Source: Macrostomum hystrix (taxonomy: Eukaryota; Animalia; Platyhelminthes). From it: a stretch of DNA of 64,000 nucleotides. Each line of letters starts with the position of its first letter. Position 1 is the stretch's first letter. The translations under genes and the position numbers were made by a program. Positions 1 to 11,000 of the stretch are shown one piece after another. The notes beneath the pieces were generated by a model. That model worked only from the letters and a program-made list of their open reading frames with translations. It had not been told where the DNA came from and did no database searches. The stretch lies in assembly GCA_950097015.1 (NCBI GenBank), contig CATNEN010000039.1, positions 5,890,001-5,954,000 of the forward strand, in the 5' to 3' direction.

Positions 1-81
1 CTAACCGTCTCAGTGACCTTAGTGTCGAGTGGACAAAGTTAGTATGAAGAATCATTATCTGAATTAAATTTTAACTGGCAG

Positions 82-1337
82 TGGAATTCGGACGATTGGG
101 CATCCGGTTCCGCGCCTACGGCTGCCAGCACAAGCGTCGGAAGCTCCTGATGGCCGAGAACGTCCTAGCACTGGCGTCTCTGACGTCGCCGAAAAACGAG
201 ACAGTTCTGCACCTGCCGCTGGAGATGCGAGCTGGCGACTACAGCAGGCGGGTGAGCGCTTTTTGCATGCAAAGTGACGAAGGTGACAGACAGCGTATTC
301 AATTTTAGTTCTGAGAATACGTGCCTGGAGTTCCGGATGAGTACGGGTAGTTATACTGAGAAATCTGAGTTGTTACTGAGGCCACCAGAGGCCTTTTCAT
401 GGAGCCATCTCCGGTTTCTCTAACTATCAACTGGCACTGAAATCTCATTAGGACTCCGAGGAGGAGGCCAAGGAAGATCCCGACGAATTTAAGTTGGACG
501 GTTGGACATCGCTGGGAGTCACCGGCTTCCCGGAGCTGTTCGTCGGCATCACTTACAACGCCTCCACCGGACAGCTGGCCATCGAGATCATCAAGGGCAG
601 CTCATTCAAGCTGCCTGGCATGAGCAGAGCACCAGGTTCGGCCTTTTATGCATAAATGGCTTTTTATAAGAAACGAATAAAGCAAAATAGGCAGTTGCGG
701 ACGTTGTTTAGAGCCGCAAATGCCAGACTGACCAAAATGGGAAAAACTTAGAATCCTATAAACTCCTATTGCTGTAGATACCTACGTGAAGATTTCATTG
801 ATGGCATCGAACGGTCACGTGCTGCACAAGTCAAAGACTCCGTCATCTGAGGGCACTCAAAATCCCATGTGGAAGGAGAACTTCGTTTTCCCTGTAAACA
901 AGTTTCAGCTTTCAGACATAACCATTATGGTAGCAGTCTACGCCAAGAAGACTATGAACAGAAGAGAGATTATTGGCTGGTTCTCTATCGGTAAGTTGTT
1001 AATTGACTTCTAACCCGTCACCAAAGTGACCCGTCACCAAAGTGACCCGTCACCAAAGTGACCCGTCACCAAAGTGACCCGTCACCAAAGTGACCCGTCA
1101 CCAAAGTGACCCGTCACCAAAGTGACCCGTCACCAAAGTGACCCGTCACCAAAGTGACCCGTCACCAAAGTGACCCGTCACCAAAGTGACAGTCAATGAT
1201 GACGCAAACTCCATCCACTGCCAGGCTGCAACAACAGTGGCGAGGAAGAGCTGGCTCACTGGCAGGACATGAAGGATGCCAGAGGCGAACCTGTGCGTCG
1301 CTGGCACCGACTTCTTCAGACGGACAAAAAGTCCTAG
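82..1337 (+). CDS. SYT16: Synaptotagmin-14/16-like C2-domain protein, last four exons (82-251, 452-635, 778-990, 1225-1337); 5' part lies outside the window
   Basis: GT-AG exons join in frame: PELFVGITYNASTGQLAIEIIKGSSFK..RAPDTYVKISL..NPMWKENFVF..IGWFSIGCNNSGEEELAHWQDMKDARGEPVRRWHRLL*, the characteristic SYT14/16 C2B end. SYT14 versus SYT16 cannot be resolved. Confidence 0.85.
1013..1190. repeat. Intronic 16-bp minisatellite (ACCCGTCACCAAAGTG) x~11
   Basis: Perfect tandem copies directly visible. Confidence 0.95.
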
Positions 1338-1925
1338 AAAGTGTAAGATGCAACGGTTAGCACGGAGCCTAATAGTCATTTATTCAGACTGGGCTTAACT
1401 GTTTTCAAATCTGCTCGCAATTCGACAAAATTTGATCCTAACCCCAAGCAAGCTAATTGTGATGAGCGCTTTTAACATGTTATCCATGCTTACGCCAGTA
1501 ACTTTTACGCATAAACTTTATTTGCGGACTGCATACCTCGCGGTGGTTGCTGCCTAGGCAACCACTTTTGCGTACAGCCCAAAATGCGTGTTCGTGGTAT
1601 CAGCAGAAAATATATCGTTGCACTTTCATTCATTGAAAAGTAACTGATCTCTAGAAACGAAGAAGTTGCTCCATCTGTTTCGATCGTTATTTTAACAAAT
1701 ATGATGTAGCAAATGTTTTCTTTGACAATGTGTGCCGACAGCGGCAACAGTGGCGATTCTGGTTTCAGACAAGCAAATTTAAAGGGCGTTGAAGTTCTCA
1801 TTCATACGTTCCTTGCCTACCTGTCACTAGGAGGCTAGCGAACAACGCAGGATACCATTAGGGCACACCCGCGGAAATTCCGTTTGTAACCCTATTCCAG
1901 CCATTTAGAGAGCTTGGACAAGCCT

Positions 1926-2010
1926 CAGCCAATAGGAATCGACGCCTGGCTTGGGGGGGTCCTGAACGGCTATAAAAGCGAGACACTGGTGACGTAATTT
2001 TTCAGTAATG
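1926..2010 (+). promoter_or_regulatory. Pol II core-promoter-like cluster: CCAAT box, TATAAAA, CRE-like TGACGTAA, Inr-like TCAGT
   Basis: AGCCAATAG ~1927, TATAAAAG 1971-1978, TGACGTAA ~1990, TCAGT 2002-2006 about 30 bp after the TATA. Confidence 0.4.
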
Positions 2011-2652
2011 CTCCCGTTCAAATCCCAAAGCATTCCACCTTGGCCTTCAGTAGTCAGCAGAACAGTTTTCTTTGTGGAATATTAAAGTGTGGATTTCAAA
2101 ATTCTAAAAATTCAGGAGGCTATCGTTGTCACTCTTCTTGTCTGCGTATTTTATCATCACATTAATTTATCGCATCATATCATCAACAGTGAGATTTTTA
2201 CAAGCCATGTTTTTCTTTTGCGAAATGACACAAAGTAGCATAACATTATAAACTTGAGTTGGGTTTTTTACTACTACTAGTAGTGTAGATTGTGGTGCAT
2301 AACTTTAATTAAAAAATGCTGAAGTGATTTTTTACTACGCACGTAATCTAAAAAGTCCAAATCCATTCTAAGTATTCTATGTACTCTTTAGTAAAAATAT
2401 GTTGCATCAAAATATTCGGATGACGTCAGTCATATTGAAACTAAGAAACGGTGGTTATAGTTTTGTGGATTTTTATCGGCACATTGATAAAGCGGGACCG
2501 TAAACCACTAAGCTTTGAGTAATACTAAAATATAGTTAAAAAATTACAAACCATAAATGACCTACAAATGAATTTAACATGTAAAGGCTTAAGACAATCT
2601 AAAGACTGCTGCTACAAAGGCCCATATAATTCGCACAATTAGGTCATGCCAT

Positions 2653-3417
2653 TCACTTTTTAAGCTCCAGCGTCCATCGACCCCACATGTGGCTCGGTCC
2701 GTTGCGAGACAGAGCTCGCCTACGCACCGGTGCCGACGCTGGACCTGCTGCTGCTGCCGACGCCACTGCGGCAGCCGTCATCCTTCTGGCACGCTGCATA
2801 GGATGCAGAGAGAACAAGGCCGAGCTGCCGAGATCGTACACACCGATAGGGCGAAGGATCACGGTCTCCGAGTTGGCTTCGGACGTTGGCGACGATGGTG
2901 CAGAATAATTGCGGCGCTGCCCGGTCGAAGCTGTCTGCCAGCGAAGATGGTGGCAGCCTCGAGTCGACCCTCGATATGCGTCAGAGCAGGCTTTTCCAGC
3001 ACTGACGGCCCCCAGCCTGATGCTGTTCATGGCGCCGTTCAATACTCGCTGAAGTTCATCGATTTCAAAATTACTTTCACCAGCTCTAACCGTCGTCAGA
3101 TGCTGACGACCTCGGTGGATAAGTTGCCACTCCTTCACTAATTTCAAAGCGCCTGCCGCAGCCGCTGCTTGGGACTTGCGGACCGACGCGACCCGGCATC
3201 CAGATCCCGACGAAGCTAGAATGAGACCTTCGTCGACTTCGCCAATTCGATAGCATTGTTTTACACTGCGCAGGAAGTCAACCTTGACGCAGTCAGAATG
3301 CCGGCTATTTTGGTGGTGACAAGCTTCCAGGCCGTCCCGTTGACTCAGGCTGACGATGACTTCGCTTCTGTGTGCTGGTGAATCTGGTGAGCTGCGCACG
3401 ATTGAAGAGAACGCCAT
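2653..3417 (-). CDS. Hypothetical intronless 254-aa protein
   Basis: ATG-initiated GC-rich ORF in AT-rich surroundings; minus-strand TATAAAA at ~3717-3723; no recognised domain. Confidence 0.5.
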   Translation of the reverse strand: MAFSSIVRSSPDSPAHRSEVIVSLSQRDGLEACHHQNSRHSDCVKVDFLRSVKQCYRIGEVDEGLILASSGSGCRVASVRKSQAAAAAGALKLVKEWQLIHRGRQHLTTVRAGESNFEIDELQRVLNGAMNSIRLGAVSAGKACSDAYRGSTRGCHHLRWQTASTGQRRNYSAPSSPTSEANSETVILRPIGVYDLGSSALFSLHPMQRARRMTAAAVASAAAAGPASAPVRRRALSRNGPSHMWGRWTLELKK

Positions 3418-5075
3418 TCAGGATTAGGGGTTAAGGTTACTTCTCTGGTGAGCTATTTTAGCAGCATTTAAAATGGCGAACCATCACGGCTAAATTAGAT
3501 TTTTGAGTCGTGAATATCACGCTATTTGAAGTTGTTTCGTTGCATTTCTAGGCTGTCGATGTTCATGTTGTTACAACCAACAAGTCGACACCAACAGTAG
3601 TGCAAGTTCAAAGTCAGCTGTCATGTTTCATGCTGCAGCTGTGGTATGTCGGCAGTTTTCACAAAGGCTGACAAAAACGAAACATATAAAGTAGGGCCTT
3701 TCCTAGGCCAGGCGGGTTTTATAGAATTTGCTGCAAATGGCAGACACTAAAATGTTTTTTTGCTATCTCCCTCGCTGCGGAGGAATATACAACAGAAAAG
3801 TCTTCTAAACTGCGCGGCGTTTGTGCGTTTCGACCGAGTCCGAGATTGGTGATTCGCGATCCTCCGCTGCCGCGCACCTTATAAAAAGCGCAATAATAAA
3901 GGAAGGTGTCCCACTGGGAGACTTACGCTGAGGAACGGGAGACAGCAAGTGGGAATGCAGTTAAAAGGACAGGTACTAGGAGACTAGAAACGAATCTGTG
4001 CAAATAGTAATCTGTGCCATTCGCTCTTGGGCTTAGTGACTCGCAGCTTGCTTATGCCCCGCCTATGCTGAAGCCAATGACATGGGCCACTTCAGTGCGC
4101 TTGGAGTAGGCGGATGGCAGCAACTGGTGACCCCAGAACTGGTCCGGCATAATGCTAGTCCAGAATATTTTCCGCAGCAGAAAGGTCCCTTCGAGTTGAT
4201 AGTGAAGTCCGGAAGTTTCAACAAGTTGTCCAGATGCGAAGGGCAGCCCAGGAAAAATACTTTCTATTATGCTTGGTTGGCAACATATGATCTACTAAAG
4301 TACTCGTACTAATAAAGTAGAAGGACTATTTACTAAGCAAGTAAACGGTGTAGTTTACTATCTATGAGCGTAGCTTGCACTCTGTGCTTCCAATGAATGA
4401 CTGGATATAGGCTAGCTTGGCCTATGCAATACAGGTCAATGAAAAAAAACGAATTAAAAAATCGATATAGGACTGAAAAACGTAAAACAGTCCACTAATT
4501 CGTAATTTATAACTATTATAAAATGCAGTACAATACGGGAGATTAGCTATTTACTTGTCGGGGAAAAGCAGCCTTCAAAAAGGTTTCCTTAAAACACATG
4601 CATCCTGTACGAGATAATAGTACGGTCGTATTTATACGTCTGTATACCTAAAACCAAGCCGAATAAACTCGTTTTGTTGATTCTGAACAGTATTTTGCAC
4701 TGCAGCCAACGTGCACAAGGCATTTTTGCTACTTTGGTCATGGTTATGTGTTGATTTGAAAACTGGTGGTTTGAAAGTCTAAGCCGGTGCCGAAATAGAG
4801 TCATTCCTCTCGTTGCATGATTCAGCAATGTTACGCTTCTACCAGTTTTCAGGTCAAACTGCGGTTTGATTTGTCAGGTCTGCGCTGGCAAACACACGCA
4901 TTATCTGCGCTTAAACTGTTCAGTGAGTTGGGTTCTGATAAGTAACTAAGACTGGCTTTTGTGCCCTAAGAGTTCTGTGACCTTTGCTACAGATAATGAG
5001 TTGACCAACGGTTCTTTGTTAGCAACTGTTGGGCTGTTGTCCCCCCGCACTGCTCTCTGATCGCTGTATTTAGTT

Positions 5076-5432
5076 CGGAGCACGTCTACACGCTGTTTTT
5101 AAAGTTTGTACAACTGTCAGTCAATCCGGAGCACGTCTACACGCTGTTTTTAAAGTTTGTACAACTGTCAGTCAATCCGGAGCACGTCTACACGCTGTTT
5201 TTAAAGTTTGTACAACTGTCAGTCAATCCGGAGCACGTCTTCACGCTGTTTCTAAAGTTTGTACAACTGTCAGTCAATCCGGAGCACGTCTTCACGCTGT
5301 TTTTAAAGTTTGTACAACTGTCAGTCAATCCGGAGCACGTCTACACGCTGTTTTTAAAGTTTGTACAACTGTCAGTCAATCCGGAGCACGTCTACGCGCT
5401 GTTTTTAAAGTTTGTACAACTGTCAGTCAATC
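5076..5432. repeat. 51-bp tandem repeat x7, immediately upstream of the SDR start codon
   Basis: Unit CGGAGCACGTCTACACGCTGTTTTTAAAGTTTGTACAACTGTCAGTCAATC at 5076, 5127, 5178, 5229, 5280, 5331, 5382. Confidence 0.95.
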
Positions 5433-5455
5433 TAGAAAAAAATCACAAGTAAGCG

Positions 5456-6922
5456 ATGGGCCTCATCAAGAAGGCGATTCTGGGCGCGGTGATCTCGATT
5501 GCATTGTTCCAGGTTCTGCACTTCGCCTTGTACGACGCCTACGCTATCTGGCGCTACGCCCCAACAAAGGAGAACACGGCCGGCAAGAGAGTCCTGGTCA
5601 CCGGCTCCAGCAAGGGTGTCGGCCGAGGCCTGGCCGAGCTCTATTGCGAGCTGGGCGCTCACGTCACCGTGCACAGCAGAAGCTTGAGGTCTCTGGCCGA
5701 GGTGAGTCATGGTGTATAAAGCTTCTGGCAGATACATTTGAGTCTTTAAGCTGGAGTTCCAACCGTAACTAATAGGTGCAAGCCGACTGCCGCAAAGCAG
5801 GCGCCGCCAGCGTTCATGCGGTTGCGGGCGACATGTCTGTGCTCGGCGAAGCTGAAAAGACAGTCAACGCCGCGGCGAAAGCCATGGGCGGACTGGACAT
5901 CGTGGTGGTGAACCACATCAGCTCGTACGTGTTTGAGACATTGTACTCGGCTGTGTCCCGTCTGCGCTCCGGTGAACTGCAAAAGTCGCTGCAGGTTGAC
6001 CTGTTCAGTTACGCGGAGGCTGCGCTAGCCGCCGTGCCGCACCTTGAGAAGACAGCCGGCAGCATTGTGTTCGTGTCCAGCGTAGTCGGCAGAATGCCAG
6101 TGCCTTACTTTTTCGAGTACGCATCGGCGAAACGATCGCTAGATGGCTTCACCGCAACTCTGAGACAGGAGCTCGCAATCAATGGGTCAAAAGTGCACGC
6201 GGGTCTTGCGGTTCTGGGAGCCATCGACACGCAGTCCGCTAAGGATCTGCTTCCGTGAGGGTCGCATTCCGCTTTTTTTAGACCTACCCTGTATGAGTGC
6301 ACCTGTCTAAAAATTACCTGGTTGCTGATTGAATTTAATGCAAGGACTACTAGACAAGACTACTTGACTACTGATCTACTAGACTAGACTACTAGACTAC
6401 TGATCTACTAGACTAGACTACTAGACTACTGATCTACTAGACTAGACTACTAGACTACTGATCTACTAGACTAGACTACTAGACTACTGATCTACTAGAC
6501 TAGACTACTAGACCAGACCCTCATATAATAAAGTTTTCCTTGTGGTCTTTGATATAATGTAAGAATCTGGGTAAAAAGACAGAGAGCATATGTACTTTAA
6601 CGAATGGTGACATAATAGACAGCTAAGAACGCCCAAAAAGGTCAGATTTGGGAAAATGATGACATCCTTGTCCATATTTCTGGAACAGATGAGGCTCTAG
6701 TTTCTACAAAAATGCATGTACGTTTCCGTGTGTAGGCAGGTGTTCAGCGCGCCGATTCAATACGCACCGGTCAGGCAGACAGCCCTAGGCATAGCATCTG
6801 TGTCCGTTGGTCGCGTCAGCCAGCTCGTGACTCCTTGGGCCATGAAGCCTTTCATTCTGCTGTCAAACCTGTCACCGGAGCGGACTGAACGTCAGATTTC
6901 CCAGGGTGCGAAGAGGCTCTAG
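5456..6922 (+). CDS. HSD11B1L: Membrane-anchored short-chain dehydrogenase/reductase, 11-beta-hydroxysteroid dehydrogenase 1-like (exons 5456-5701, 5776-6254, 6736-6922)
   Basis: N-terminal hydrophobic anchor, TGSSKGVG Rossmann motif, GGLDIVVVNH, catalytic YASAK, LGAIDT; splice phases consistent. Confidence 0.85.
6345..6515. repeat. Intronic ~29-bp CTAGACTA-rich minisatellite
   Basis: Tandem CTAGACTAGACTACTAGACTACTGATCTA. Confidence 0.9.
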
Positions 6923-7318
6923 AAAGCTGCGATGTGCAATCTGCTGATCATACTGCATCTGCTATTACTATTTGAGACTGAGAACAGCGACTCTCATTGT
7001 AGCCATAACAATGTTCTGCATTATTGATATTTAACCAATGTTTAACTACTGAAGAGCCCTTGTCGATAAGATTTGGCACCTTGTCTGAAGTATTTCATTG
7101 TTTGAAAAAGTAAATTTTTTATTTATTGGCAAGAACAAGAAAAATGTATTATGCCGCACTATGATTATTTTAAATTTCCGTAAGTTTTTGTGATTGCAGG
7201 GTTAAACAGCATACAATCGGTTTTACAATTTTTGCTCTTCCCATTACTCCAACCACTAAGACAGGCTTGAACTCAGGGCACCAACAGAACCCCATGTCAC
7301 TTGACTACAGGCGTATAA

Positions 7319-7590
7319 AAATAATTGCAGGAGTAAAGAGGGCACTGCCCATTTCGCTGACTTCTGAGAACACACGCACACAGATACTGTACGCAGGCAC
7401 ACGTTCACACAGGTGTGCACATCTGCCCTGACTATCTCATCGTCCAACAGTGTACACTCTCAGTGTGCCTTGGAGGCCATCAAGGGCGTGAATTGCACTA
7501 CAAGCCCCCGGCCCCTCAGCCTTCTCTCCGTGGAGCTCAGGGACCTTGGTGAGAGAGGCGATTGCGTCAGACCTCTCTGCCACTTACCCC
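7319..7590 (-). mobile_element. tRNA-derived SINE family 1, diverged copy
   Basis: Shares blocks (ATAATTGCAGGAG, CAGTGTACACTCTCA, AATTGCAC..CCTTCTCTCCG) with copies at 8.9, 10.1, 15.4, 52.4, 52.7, 58.0, 62.2 and 63.8 kb. Confidence 0.75.
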
Positions 7591-8015
7591 TTGGCAAGCA
7601 TAGCCATGATTAGGCTAAAAACACACTTGCCTTATCAAAAACAGCCATATAACTACAAGTGAAGTACGAGTTTTAGCATTGCTCGAACCGACTACGTAGA
7701 AATTCTTTTGTACTCGTAGAAATAAATTGTGCACAAATTACCATGCTCTAGTATTAGCTAGACTAGTATTAGTGAAATTTAAACAAAACAGGATAAACAT
7801 GTTAGTGCAACCAAATAATAAGACGGGTGTTGTATTAAAAGGTAGGCGAATTTATTTTATGAAAATTATATAAATATATAAAAAATGTTTTCAGACTTGC
7901 TAGGGTTTGAATATCATTCTTTGCCTCTTATATGTATTTAGCAAGAAAAATTACATTACGATTTTTTTATAAAAAATCATTTCCACAATGAAAGGGCATT
8001 CAAGTTTTTTGAATC

Positions 8016-11000
8016 TTAAAAAGACGTCGTTGTTTCATCAACAGTGAAGCCGGCGTTATCGTGACCCGCGCCAGTTCTGCCGCGAACGCTGACCTCAGCA
8101 GAACTGGCAGCACGGCTAGCATTGCTGCTGTTCAAGGCCCTCGCCTCATTTCCGTTTCCAAGATCTTGATCTAATTTCTCAGTGGCACCATCGCCGCTAT
8201 TCTCGCCAGCTTGATCCGTGCCGTCTTCCGCCGTAGCTGGTCGCTCCTCGTCCAACGACAGCGACTTCATTGCGACACCGTCCTCGACTGCCTTGCCGGC
8301 CTCCTCATCGGCCACGGTCTCGCCGCTGTCGCCGACTCGGCTGCTTCGCATCCACTTGGGCCGAAGGTAGAAGGCGACCACGTTGCAGATCACGAGTAGC
8401 ATGATCAGCGCGATCCACTAGGGGAGTTAAAGCAAAACATTATTTTTAAATGCGACAGCAAACAGTTTCGAAAATTGTCATACTTTCTTAAAGCTAAGAC
8501 CTACTAATGGTGGTGAGGTCTATGTTTTATAGTTTATACTCGTACAATGCTAATACAGATTTTGTCCTTAAATATCAGAGCACCTAAAATAGCTATTGTA
8601 ATTCATCCAAAGCAAAACTTAATTTAAAAATGTATACTCACCGTGACAAAACAGGTGAGCAGTGTCTCGAGGCCGAAATCATACCACCGCGAGCCAGGGT
8701 CATTGTCGGCTGTGCCACTGATTTCATCGTAGATCCACCAAATAAGCAGCACAACAGCCTCGATCGGAGCCACTATGCTGCAAGAGAGACAGTTCGGACA
8801 TTTTTATGACAAGCGCTTAAATTTAAGTTGACAGACCCTGTAGTGGTCTGCCTCGCGCAGACCCGAAAGGAAATTATGAAATGAGAGCATTTATTTAGTG
8901 GTTATAAATCGGGGGCGGTGAGTGCCTGAGCGGTCTTATGTCCCGAAGCTCCATTCCATGGCGAGGCCACATTTATTTGGGGCGCAGCCGCAGAGAGAAG
9001 GTTTGGGGGCTGTCGTGCAATTTACGCCCTTGAGGGCCAACCTGCAAGGTACAGTGAAGTGTACACTGCTTGACGATGAGAGAGTCAGAGCAGATGTACA
9101 AATCTCTGTGAGTGTTGGCCTGAGTACAGTATCTGTATGAGTGTGTGCTCAAGAGGCAGCAGAATGTGCATAATTGCCTCATCGCTGGCTGCAGGTCTTG
9201 AGTCACCAAATGATGTGCCATGGCCCACAACCACTATCACTGTCTACAAGCGTTTACAAGCCCAAGGGCTACTTACAGAATTACAGCCATTGTCACGTGC
9301 GTCAGCTTCCAGTCTCCGATGCCATAATTGTTCACTAGATCTTCCTTGAAAGTGTTCCATCCGACTTTGAAGACTAGAGCTTGGAACATTAGCCCAGACG
9401 GCAGCAGGGCGAAACCCCAGATGAAGTCCTAAGTCAAAGCAAAGCTACTTAGTTTAAAAACGATTCATTAGTTATAACGCTTTTTGTACAGTAAGACACT
9501 CCGTTCAACGCAAGTCTTCTCATAATTAAGAACAGGGTTATCTCAATTAATTAACCTGATTGTCCAGCGCTTGAATGTAGAGTGCAGACGGCAATCCGAT
9601 CAGAAACATGAGCAAGCCGCACACGGGCGTCGCGAGACGTCTCGGCACTGGATAAAAATGCGTTACGTTACGTCACATTATATATAGAGTCATAATACTC
9701 AGTAATACTATGCCATATGCTTATTATTATTATTATTATTATTATTATGCCATATGCTACTATGCTGTAATAAAACTCACTTCCGAAATCGCAAAGAGTC
9801 AAGGATGTGTGCTCAACATCGGCGATAACTGAGCTGAGACCGGCGAAACTCAGGCACAGGAAGAACAGGATGCACAGAATCTTGCCAATGACCCCCAGGC
9901 CGCCAAAAAGAATCGGAATCCACACGAAAGTCAGACCAGTTGAAGCTGGTCCCGTGGTCTTGATGACCTCCAGGATGCCAGTGCGGGACAGGCTCGGATT
10001 GCGCAAAATCAGGGTAGAGAACACGGTGCCGAATATAGTGATGGCGCAGAGGAGGCTGTGGGCAATCAAGCGGATGTTTTATCCTTAAATTGCATTTTTT
10101 TGCACTTAATAATAATAATTGCAGGAGGGCTGCGGGCAATGGCACACCATCTGGTGACACTAGACCCACACACTAGGTCAGAATGACCACACAATAGTCA
10201 GTCAGTGTACACTCTCACTGAGCCTCGGAAGTTGACCCTCGAGGGCTTAAATTGCACGACAAGTCCATAATCCTTCTCTCCGTGGCTGCGCCCCAAAAAA
10301 ATGTGGCCTCGCCGCGGAATCGAACTTGGGGACCTTGGAGCCAGAGGCAAACGCGCTGAACGCTTTGCCATTCAACCCTTAGTTTTTTGACAAAAATGCT
10401 ATCACAAATACAAATCAGCATTGAGACATTCACTCGGTCCCTTGAGTAAACTGCTTTAGAGGGCGATAAAACGAGTAAATCTCATGGCACGCACCTGACG
10501 AAATTGTTTGTGATGGGAATCAGGTGGGCGTACTTCACCACGCCATTCTTGGCACTCATGTAAGTCGCGTATGGCACAATGAGACCCATGGCGGCGCCAG
10601 TGTCAAAAGCGTTTTGTGTTAATGAGTCTACCCATAGCTTGGCGTTGGACAATGACTCTGAAGTGAGAAAGTGGGAAAAATATTTTTTTGCTAACATTAT
10701 CGCAACTATTGTTTTAATTTTTCAAGATAGCTTAAAAGCAGATAGAGACCACGGGGTATTTCAAATACCCACATTCTTCTTTTTCTGTATCTCCTTAAAT
10801 GTTCAACCAATCAAAAGCTAAAATTTTCCGCTCTATCTGATTAAAAAACTTTCCGAATCACGAAACCTCGGCATCGTCGAGATATTCAACAGTTCTCGTC
10901 GGTGTGTCAGTGTATGGCGACCAGCGAGGCAGAAAACCCGGCGATCCTGGCGATAGCCAAGGGCTGCCCCGAGGTCTTTAAGGGCCTGCGCAAGGTTAAG

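Noticed and set aside
5076-5432. CRISPR-like regular repeats
   Set aside because: Head-to-tail units with no unique spacers, no cas genes, eukaryotic context
9065-9100. Hammerhead ribozyme in SINE family 1
   Set aside because: TGACGATGAG resembles the core, but CTGANGA plus GAAA and the three-stem topology are not consistently present
10902-10920. GTGTG as the left TSD or 5' end of the gypsy element
   Set aside because: Pol-like coding (NLGIVEIF) appears to continue upstream and there is no 5' LTR; a 5-mer match is expected by chance
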